Part shown: positions 38,323-45,686 of the stretch, in pieces
Layout: every line of letters begins with the position of its first letter
Numbering within the stretch: the first letter of the stretch is position 1
Source: Bacteroidota bacterium
Lineage (GTDB): Bacteria > Bacteroidota > Bacteroidia > UKL13-3
NCBI GenBank assembly: GCA_947491825.1
Contig: CANLLM010000003.1
Coordinates: 2,067 to 66,066, forward strand
DNA length: 64,000 nucleotides
Direction of reading: 5' to 3'
The notes under the pieces: generated by a model
What the model was told of the DNA's origin: nothing
Seen by the model: the letters and a program-made list of their open reading frames with translations, nothing else
Databases searched by the model: none
Translations under genes and position numbers: made by a program

Positions 38323-38550
38323 TACCTCTATATAAGAATAATTTATCCAAACTAAATGTTTGCTGCTAATATTTGTAGTTGTATATTCAAAATTAAGTAA
38401 TGCACCTTGATTTCTAGGAATATTGAGATGTGATATTAGTCCCCATTAATAATAAACTTTGTATAACGGTTTTATCACCAACAATAGTTCTAAAAATAAG
38501 TAAAGAGTAAAGATTTAATAAACCAGAAAATAATCTTGCTATAAAAAAAA

Positions 38551-38558
38551 TATATTTG
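38551..38558 (+). promoter_or_regulatory. Candidate -7 promoter box (TATATTTG)
   Basis: TAnnTTTG match 20 nt upstream of ATG 38579. Confidence 0.35.
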
Positions 38559-38578
38559 AATAAAGATAAATACTTCAT

Positions 38579-39391
38579 ATGAAAAAAACAATACCTTATA
38601 TCTTTTCAGGCGCTTTAGTTTATGTGATTTTAGGCTCGTTCACAGGAATTAAGTTTGGCAAACGAGATGGAACAGAACCCGGCTATACTGGCTCTCCGGG
38701 AGATAGCTTAAAAAACTGTACAGTTTGTCATGGTGGAAAAGCTACTGATGTGGAGGGTTGGATTACATCAACTGTTCCACAAACAGGATTTGTTCCTGGC
38801 CAACGATACACGATTAAAGCTACAAATACAGAAATTGGAGGTACTCGTTTTGGATTTTCTATTTCACCACAAGCTATTAATGGTGAATTACTAGGTACCC
38901 TGTTAATTACCGACACAACCAAGACAAAATTGGTGGGCAATGACAAATACGCTACCTATCGCACAGCAGGAGTTGATGGAGTAGACTCATTAAGTTGGAC
39001 TTTTGATTGGGTTGCGCCCAGCAATGTAAACGAGGTTGTGTTTTACGGAGCATTTAACTCTAATTTTGAAGGTCATAAAGATGGAGATAAAACATACTTA
39101 ACCCGGTTACGCCTTTACAAACAAGGTTTTGTGGGATTAACAGCTAGTTTAATAACTGATTTCATATCTATATACCCAAATCCCGCAATTGATATTATTA
39201 ATATAGCAAATGCTCACCATAGTCATTACAATAAGGTTACAGTATTTAACATGAATGGAATGCCCGTAATTAATAATACGGAATTGATAGGTAATCAACT
39301 TAACATTCAATCTTTACCAAAAGGTATTTACACCATTTTATTAACCACAGAGAGCGGTAACTCACACACTAAAAAAATGGTAAAGTTTTAA
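38579..39391 (+). CDS. T9SS type-A CTD protein with a single CxxCH motif (putative secreted heme/metal-binding domain)
   Basis: 270 aa. N-terminal hydrophobic anchor/signal, then GYTGSPGDSLKNC47TVC50H51GG (codons 38717-38731). The C-terminal ~80 aa, SIYPNPAIDIINI...LPKGIYTILLTTESGNSHTKKMVKF, are a Por-secretion tail. Confidence 0.6.
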   Translation: MKKTIPYIFSGALVYVILGSFTGIKFGKRDGTEPGYTGSPGDSLKNCTVCHGGKATDVEGWITSTVPQTGFVPGQRYTIKATNTEIGGTRFGFSISPQAINGELLGTLLITDTTKTKLVGNDKYATYRTAGVDGVDSLSWTFDWVAPSNVNEVVFYGAFNSNFEGHKDGDKTYLTRLRLYKQGFVGLTASLITDFISIYPNPAIDIINIANAHHSHYNKVTVFNMNGMPVINNTELIGNQLNIQSLPKGIYTILLTTESGNSHTKKMVKF

Positions 39392-39411
39392 TCTTTTTAA
39401 TTTAAAAAAAC

Positions 39412-39451
39412 AATCCGTTGTTTATCATCATGATAAATTACGGATTTTTTT
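39412..39451 (+). terminator. Rho-independent terminator after the CxxCH gene
   Basis: Hairpin aatccgt-tg-tttatca [tca] tgataaa-tt-acggatt followed by a T7 run. Confidence 0.7.
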
Positions 39452-39717
39452 ATGTAGATAGTTGTTATATAAAAAAGGAGAAAATAAAAGGAAAACAGCA
39501 CCAAAAAAACCTTACATATTCATTTAACTGAATTGAAACTTATCAAAACAATTTAATTGAAAACTTTTAATTTTTATTCAATAAATCGCCAACTACAAGA
39601 AAAGAAATACTGTCTTTTTTTTTTATTTTTTATAACTTTTAGTACATAAAGTTTTATGGTTTATATACCTTTAAAAAAACCTGAAAAGCAAGTAAAATAT
39701 GCATATAAGGTTAAAAT

Positions 39718-39725
39718 TATATTTG
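39718..39725 (+). promoter_or_regulatory. Candidate -7 promoter box (TATATTTG) far upstream of the rhodopsin gene
   Basis: This is the only exact TAnnTTTG match I found between 39452 and 39890. If used, it implies a leader of roughly 155-160 nt. Confidence 0.3.
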
Positions 39726-39890
39726 AGAAAATCGTGATAGTAAAAGAAAAATATGTAGATAATTTAAACTAATTGCAAACCATATATAAAACCTTTTGTT
39801 ATATTAGCGGTGTGGAGACCAGAAACCACTATAATAAACGGGGCGTAATCCGAAAAGCCATACGAGTAGGTTACAACTAATTGTTTTAAA

Positions 39891-40607
39891 ATGGAACATT
39901 TAAGAATTGCTAGTGATAATTACGTAGCTTTTACGTTTTTTATCGGAACAATGGCCATGATGGCTGCCTCAGTATTTTTCTTTTTCGAGTTAAGTAACAC
40001 GTCTCAAAAATGGAGAACGTCCGTATTGGTATCTGGACTTATCACATTTATTGCAGCAGTACATTACTACTACATGAGAGGTTACAACTTAGAAACAGGT
40101 GATTCACCTACATTCTTTAGATATGTGGATTGGATTTTAACAGTGCCGTTGATGTGTGTGGAATTTTATTTAATTACCAAAAAAGCAGGTGCTAAAATCG
40201 GTTTACTTTGGAAATTAATTTTTGCTTCTTTAGTAATGTTGGTAACAGGTTACATCGGAGAAGTTTTAGACCCAACTCAAAGTGTACTTTGGGGCGTTAT
40301 TTCAGGAGCAGCTTATTTCTACATCGCCTACTTAGTATGGTTCGGTGAGGTAGCAAGTTTATCTCAAACTGCAGGTCCACAAGTTGCTAAAGCAACCCGT
40401 ATTTTAGGTTGGTTTGTTTTAGTTGGTTGGGCAATTTACCCACTTGGTTACATTTTAGGTACAGAAGGTGGTTTGTTTGGAATGAAATTAGTTCAAGACA
40501 AAGCAGCTGCGTTGCATGCAATGGACATTGTATATAACATAGCAGACGCTATCAATAAAATTGGTTTTGGTTTAGTTATCTATGCTTTAAGCAGAAGCGA
40601 AGACTAA
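39891..40607 (+). CDS. Proteorhodopsin (light-driven H+ pump, DTE motif, Met at tuning position 105)
   Basis: 238 aa with seven hydrophobic helices. ETGDSPTFFRYVDWILTVPLMCVEFYL is near-identical to green PR. Asp80/Thr84/Glu91, His58, Asp219 and Schiff-base Lys223 in YNIADAINKIGFGL. Confidence 0.93.
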   Translation: MEHLRIASDNYVAFTFFIGTMAMMAASVFFFFELSNTSQKWRTSVLVSGLITFIAAVHYYYMRGYNLETGDSPTFFRYVDWILTVPLMCVEFYLITKKAGAKIGLLWKLIFASLVMLVTGYIGEVLDPTQSVLWGVISGAAYFYIAYLVWFGEVASLSQTAGPQVAKATRILGWFVLVGWAIYPLGYILGTEGGLFGMKLVQDKAAALHAMDIVYNIADAINKIGFGLVIYALSRSED

Positions 40608-40628
40608 ATTTTACATTATCATTTAAAA

Positions 40629-40667
40629 AGAGGACTTTTCAGTTTACTGAACGTCCTCTTTTTTTTT
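40629..40667 (+). terminator. Rho-independent terminator between the rhodopsin and crtY-blh genes
   Basis: Hairpin agaggac-tt-ttcagt [tt] actgaa-c-gtcctct followed by a T9 run. It ends 28 nt before ATG 40696. Confidence 0.8.
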
Positions 40668-40695
40668 ATCAAGATTAGCAATCACTTATAGCGAT

Positions 40696-42741
40696 ATGAA
40701 ATTACCAAGTCAATTTAATAACGGAGAAATTGTTTATGATTACATATTCTCAGGACTTGGTGCAAGTAATAGCCTAATTGTCTTGGCACTCTTAAAAGAC
40801 AATCTTTTACGGAATAAAAAAATTGCCGTAATCGAACCATCACTTAAAATCATAAATGATAAAACTTATTGTTTTTGGGCCCATCCAAATGACCCAATAG
40901 TTATTGATCTTAAACCAATCATAAATCGTTATTATAACAATGTGGTAATAAACGGTGGTCAAAAACAAAATATATCCGATCAACCATATTATTTGATAAG
41001 AAGTATTGATTTGTATAATTATGTGCGTGAAAGGTTATTAAAAGCAAATATTCCCATTTTCAATTGCTCCACAAATGAGGTATGTAGCAACAAGGATATT
41101 TATACCATTAAAACCGCTCATGGTAATTTCTGTACCTATTATCTTTTTGACAGTGCACCACCCAAAAAAGAAACTCCTTACACTCGCGCTATTCACTTAC
41201 ACCAATCGTTTTATGGAGTCAGAATAAAATGTGATCACGATTTATTTCAGGAAAACACATTTGAGATGATGAACTTCAATGTAGACCAAAACAACTTCAC
41301 GCAATTTATTTATACACTACCTTATTCTGGTAATGAAGCTTTAGTTGAACTAACTCGTTTTGGCGCAAAAAAAATTGATATTGACTATGCAAAAGAAGTA
41401 CTGAGCGAAGCACTACAAAACAAGGTTGGGAACTACGAAATAATTGATGAAGAAATAGGTTGTATTCCAATGACTACTCATTTGCATCAACCCGCCATTT
41501 ACAGCGGCATTTTAAAAACAGGCACCAACGCTAATTTGATTAAACCTAGTACGGGATATGGATTTAAAAACATGTTTCGCTTTGCCGAGATGGTAAAAAA
41601 AGAATTCATCAATACAAACTGTAAGGACCTAAATACCCTTTCCCTTAAGGTAAAAAAGCGATTCAGATTTTACGACACATTACTCCTTATTATATTGCTT
41701 TATTGGCCTAATCAAGGCAAAAGAATATTCACCAAACTTTTTTTAACCCAAAATGTAAAGACAATCTTTTTGTTCTTAGATGAACAGACATCACTATTGC
41801 AAGAGATTAAAATATTCAAATCACTGCCATTGGCACCATTCATTAAATCTTTACTGGTGTATGCGGTTAAACACAATTTCTTAAGATATCTAATTACTGC
41901 TTTAATATTACTGCTATACTTCATCATAAAACAATACAACCCAACAATAGCGTTATATTACAGCTATATAATTATTGTATTAGGCTTGCTTTGGGTTGGA
42001 ATTCCACATGGAGCATTAGATCATTTAACCATTTCTAGCAGTAAGAAATCGCCCTCCATGTTTATAGTGAAGTACCTAACAACAATAATTGTGTACTACT
42101 TTATGTGGCAATTCTTCCCTTCCCTATCACTTTTAATTTTTATTGTTTATTCATCCTTTCATTTTGGAGAATCAGAACTTCAAGAAATAAATTTAACAGT
42201 TACAGCCGTATCAACATATTTAAAGGCATTGATGTTAGGTGCTTCTATTCTAGTATTTATTATACTCACTCATATTCAAGAATCAATAGCTATTATCATA
42301 AATATTAAGGGATTGGAATTTGTTAAATTGCATGAGGAACTTTTAGCTAAATATGCAATTCCAACTGCTCTATTGGCCATTTTTTATTTATCGATACTTG
42401 CAATTAGCACCAATAAATTAAGTATTTATGCCCTTGTAACATTACTTATAGTTGGAGCATTTACTAACCTATTAATCGCATTCTCCATATATTTTATTTG
42501 CCAACACAGTTTAAATGCGTGGTCGCATTTACAGCATCAATTGAAAGTAAATTCATTTGGCCTTTATAAAAAGGCGCTGCCACACACAATAGGGGCATTT
42601 TTAATTTTAATCACTTGCATTTTATTAAATATTAAGGAACCAAATCAAGTAAAAACAATACTTCCATCATTTTTCATCTTCCTTGCTTGCATCAGTTTAC
42701 CTCATTTTGTTTTTATGCATCTATTTTACAAACAAGAATAG
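40696..42741 (+). CDS. crtY-blh: Fusion protein: lycopene beta-cyclase (CrtY-type) N-terminal domain + Brp/Blh beta-carotene 15,15'-dioxygenase C-terminal domain
   Basis: Single 681-aa ORF. The N-terminal half starts with the dinucleotide fold YDYIFSGLGASNSLIVLALL and has lycopene-cyclase length and pattern. The C-terminal ~290 aa are polytopic, with GIPHGALDH (His438, codon 42007-42009) and the His-bearing blocks SSFHFGESE, CQHSLNAWSH and LPHFVFMH of the Blh family. Confidence 0.85.
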   Translation: MKLPSQFNNGEIVYDYIFSGLGASNSLIVLALLKDNLLRNKKIAVIEPSLKIINDKTYCFWAHPNDPIVIDLKPIINRYYNNVVINGGQKQNISDQPYYLIRSIDLYNYVRERLLKANIPIFNCSTNEVCSNKDIYTIKTAHGNFCTYYLFDSAPPKKETPYTRAIHLHQSFYGVRIKCDHDLFQENTFEMMNFNVDQNNFTQFIYTLPYSGNEALVELTRFGAKKIDIDYAKEVLSEALQNKVGNYEIIDEEIGCIPMTTHLHQPAIYSGILKTGTNANLIKPSTGYGFKNMFRFAEMVKKEFINTNCKDLNTLSLKVKKRFRFYDTLLLIILLYWPNQGKRIFTKLFLTQNVKTIFLFLDEQTSLLQEIKIFKSLPLAPFIKSLLVYAVKHNFLRYLITALILLLYFIIKQYNPTIALYYSYIIIVLGLLWVGIPHGALDHLTISSSKKSPSMFIVKYLTTIIVYYFMWQFFPSLSLLIFIVYSSFHFGESELQEINLTVTAVSTYLKALMLGASILVFIILTHIQESIAIIINIKGLEFVKLHEELLAKYAIPTALLAIFYLSILAISTNKLSIYALVTLLIVGAFTNLLIAFSIYFICQHSLNAWSHLQHQLKVNSFGLYKKALPHTIGAFLILITCILLNIKEPNQVKTILPSFFIFLACISLPHFVFMHLFYKQE

Positions 42742-42785
42742 CAGAAAAACGCATTGAATTAAAAGGTATCTTAAACAATAAAATA

Positions 42786-43799
42786 CTATATCTCCATTAA
42801 AAACATAACTGTGTCTACGCCATCTGCATAATCAGTTAGTTCAGGTTGTTGTGCTTTACCTAAAGGTAAACTATTATTAATCGCGACTTTACTCACCACA
42901 CATTGTATGTTTTCTTTTTGTAATGCCAGTGTTTGCGCCAATTCGTTGATATCGGAATAGTGCTCATAAAACATTACACCAAGTGGAGAAGCAATTGCGC
43001 TATCCTCCTTCAACAATAAGAAGTTATTATCAAAATGCTTTGTTAAATTCATCAATAAAATAGCCTTGTGGTAAGTGTAGTTATTGGCATATTTATGATG
43101 GTTAATGTGCTCATAAAAGTCCGCTATACCTTCATAAAATGTAGCGATATTGTAACCTTCTGGCAGATAAATTTTTGACACGTTGCGGCATCCCAAACCA
43201 AAAAAGGTAAAAATATCTTCGCCCAATTTATATAGGTCCTCTGGCGTTTCATTACCTGTTAATACTGCAACGCTGGTTCGTGATTTGCGAAATAATGAAG
43301 ATTTATTTTTAAAATAATATGCGAAATAACGATTGGTATTATTGCTACCCGTTGCTATTACAGCGTCAAAATCTTTTGGCAAGCGTTCTTCAGTAATTTC
43401 TATTTCTGTACTTAACTCAGGAGCCAAACGAACTAAGTTTTCAATGACCCATTTCATAAGCACTGTATCATCGCTAGATAGTTTAACAATTACCTTATGG
43501 CCACATAACAAAACCGATAATAAATCATGCAAACCAACCAAAGGGATGTTACCCGCCATAATTACCACCACTTTTTTGGGTTGAGGTTGTGGGATATTCT
43601 GATAACTAATTAACCAATTGTTTAAATTTTCTTTAGTTAGTTCGCTACCCCATGCGCCAAGTGCTTTCTTTACATACTCGTTTGTGAACCAAGGGTTTTG
43701 TTGGCTTGCGCGAATAAAAACAGGATTATCTGAGGCTGCTTCTTGTTTTAAAAAAGCACCCAATTGGGACACTATTTGTATGGTGTGTTGAAAATTCAT
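42786..43799 (-). CDS. LuxC-like acyl-CoA reductase family protein
   Basis: 337 aa. The pattern ...VVVIMAGNIPLVGLHDLLSVLLCGHKVIVKLSSDD...GLGCRNVSKIYLPEGY is typical of the short bacteroidetal acyl-CoA reductase (LuxC) family. Confidence 0.75.
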   Translation of the reverse strand: MNFQHTIQIVSQLGAFLKQEAASDNPVFIRASQQNPWFTNEYVKKALGAWGSELTKENLNNWLISYQNIPQPQPKKVVVIMAGNIPLVGLHDLLSVLLCGHKVIVKLSSDDTVLMKWVIENLVRLAPELSTEIEITEERLPKDFDAVIATGSNNTNRYFAYYFKNKSSLFRKSRTSVAVLTGNETPEDLYKLGEDIFTFFGLGCRNVSKIYLPEGYNIATFYEGIADFYEHINHHKYANNYTYHKAILLMNLTKHFDNNFLLLKEDSAIASPLGVMFYEHYSDINELAQTLALQKENIQCVVSKVAINNSLPLGKAQQPELTDYADGVDTVMFLMEI

Positions 43800-43885
43800 C
43801 GTTATTTAGAACAATTATATTTTTTAATGCAAAGCAACAAAACTTATTTTGCATTTGTTATAACAACAGAAAATAAAGAAGACTT

Positions 43886-44230
43886 ATGGCAATAATGATT
43901 ACTGACGAATGCATCAACTGCGGTGCATGCGAACCTGAATGTCCTAATAATGCAATTTACGAAAGTGGTGCTGAATGGGCTTGGTCAGATGGGAATACGT
44001 TAACCGGAACAATTGAAGTTGATGGTGAAACGATTGATACAACTAAGCGCTTTGCTCCGAAATCAGACGATACATACTTTATTGTAACAGGTAAATGTAC
44101 AGAGTGTGTGGGTTTCCATGAAGAACCACAATGTGCTGCTGTATGCCCGGTAGATTGCTGTGTACCTGATCCTGATCACGCAGAGTCGCAAGATCAATTG
44201 ATGTTCAAGAAAACCAGGATGCACATTTAA
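43886..44230 (+). CDS. 2x[4Fe-4S] dicluster ferredoxin
   Basis: 114 aa with [12 protein letters not shown] and [22 protein letters not shown] cysteine clusters. Confidence 0.9.
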   Translation: MAIMITDECINCGACEPECPNNAIYESGAEWAWSDGNTLTGTIEVDGETIDTTKRFAPKSDDTYFIVTGKCTECVGFHEEPQCAAVCPVDCCVPDPDHAESQDQLMFKKTRMHI

Positions 44231-44250
44231 CCAGGTGTTAAAACATTTTG

Positions 44251-44279
44251 AAAGCCTCGCAATTTGCGGGGCTTTTTTA
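44251..44279 (+). terminator. Rho-independent terminator after the ferredoxin gene
   Basis: aagcctcgc [aatt] gcggggctt hairpin (one G-U pair) followed by a T6 run. Confidence 0.7.
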
Positions 44280-44545
44280 TTGCAACCCACAACTGTTACT
44301 GGCATTGCCCGCTAGTAACGTGGAGCGAAGTTTGATTTATACTATGCCTCAAAATAATCCTTTCAAAATATCTAAATTCTGACAAACGAAAGCCTAAATT
44401 GATGGCTTAGCAATAACCATTAAGCATCTTGTGGGTTAGTTTTAGATACCCCACAAATACAAAATAATGAATCTCACTAACACTAAAACACAAAACGGAG
44501 AAAGAACATGTTGCTCCTTCCCCGCTTATTAAGTTTATACCCTTT

Positions 44546-45556
44546 TTATTTCTTCTTTAACGTAACCATAATGTAAACTGGTAAATGATCGCTATATCCA
44601 TTTGTATATTTTTCGCCAATAAATGTGCGTAAAGGGGCTCCTTTATATTTGCCTTCAGCCTCTACCATCCATGTTTGTTTATAAATGTTTGCCGAACTTT
44701 TATCATAACAAATTGCTCCAGTACAATTGGTCATGCTGCTGCTCAGTATAATTTGGTCTAACATACTAAAATGACCTTTATAATAATGAGAGCCCTCATT
44801 GTTTTGCTTTAACTCATACATTGCATTAAATAAATTACCATTATTAAGATCGTATTCGTTTGCCCTTGCGCGCAATACACTATCCATGCTACGGTTGGTT
44901 GGCTCATCATTAAAATCACCCATAATAACAATATTTTCTTGTGGGTTGATATTATATAAACTATCACAAATACCTCTTAAAACTTGGGCTGCCACAATAC
45001 GTTTCGATTCACTGGCTTCTTCACCACCAATTCGCGATGGAAAGTGATTAACCAACACCACTAATTGGGATTTGTTTTTGGCCTCCAAACGTACCAATAA
45101 AATATCGCGGGTTTTGGTATTTGGCAAATGAACTGCTATGGCTTTTGAATGAATAAGTTTAAATAATGACGCTTTAAACAATAGGCCATTGTCTATACTA
45201 CGTTCATCAGGCCCTTCTATTTGTACCGTCTGGTAATTGGCATTTTTAAGTTGTTTTTCGGCTGCAATATCTTTCAAAACAGCGTCATTCTCAACTTCAC
45301 ACATTCCAATAATATCGGGTGCTCGTTGTTCATTCATACTCGAAATAACTTTAGCCATGTGGTCAATTTTATTGATGTACTTCTCTGTATTCCAAACCTT
45401 TTTAGCCGAAGGCAAAAATTCGTTGTCGTTTTTGTTTGGATCATCAATGGTATCGAACAAATTTTCTTGATTGTAAAATGCAATGCACAACTTTTTTTGG
45501 GCAAAGCTACTTTGGCCAATTAACATGGCCGATAAAATAAATAGTAATCTGAACAT
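44546..45556 (-). CDS. Secreted endonuclease/exonuclease/phosphatase (EEP) family protein
   Basis: The track ORF extends to 45637. ATG 45556 gives signal peptide MFRLLFILSAMLIGQSSFAQ. EEP blocks FYNQENLFD, IGMCEVEN, NHFPSR, IMGDFND and SDHLPV. Confidence 0.8.
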   Translation of the reverse strand: MFRLLFILSAMLIGQSSFAQKKLCIAFYNQENLFDTIDDPNKNDNEFLPSAKKVWNTEKYINKIDHMAKVISSMNEQRAPDIIGMCEVENDAVLKDIAAEKQLKNANYQTVQIEGPDERSIDNGLLFKASLFKLIHSKAIAVHLPNTKTRDILLVRLEAKNKSQLVVLVNHFPSRIGGEEASESKRIVAAQVLRGICDSLYNINPQENIVIMGDFNDEPTNRSMDSVLRARANEYDLNNGNLFNAMYELKQNNEGSHYYKGHFSMLDQIILSSSMTNCTGAICYDKSSANIYKQTWMVEAEGKYKGAPLRTFIGEKYTNGYSDHLPVYIMVTLKKK

Positions 45557-45686
45557 AGTTTTGAAGAGGTGACAAACATAACACCAAGTAATAGTTTTAG
45601 TATGTCTTTTTTGTAAACATTTAGCACACCAAATCAATTGACACGATTTATTGTTTATTATGAAACAGAAAACTTAATTTTACACC

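Noticed and set aside
38579-40607. CxxCH protein and proteorhodopsin forming one operon or functional pair
   Set aside because: A strong terminator (39412-39451) and ~440 nt of AT-rich spacer separate them. Adjacency alone is insufficient, so they are treated as independent genes.
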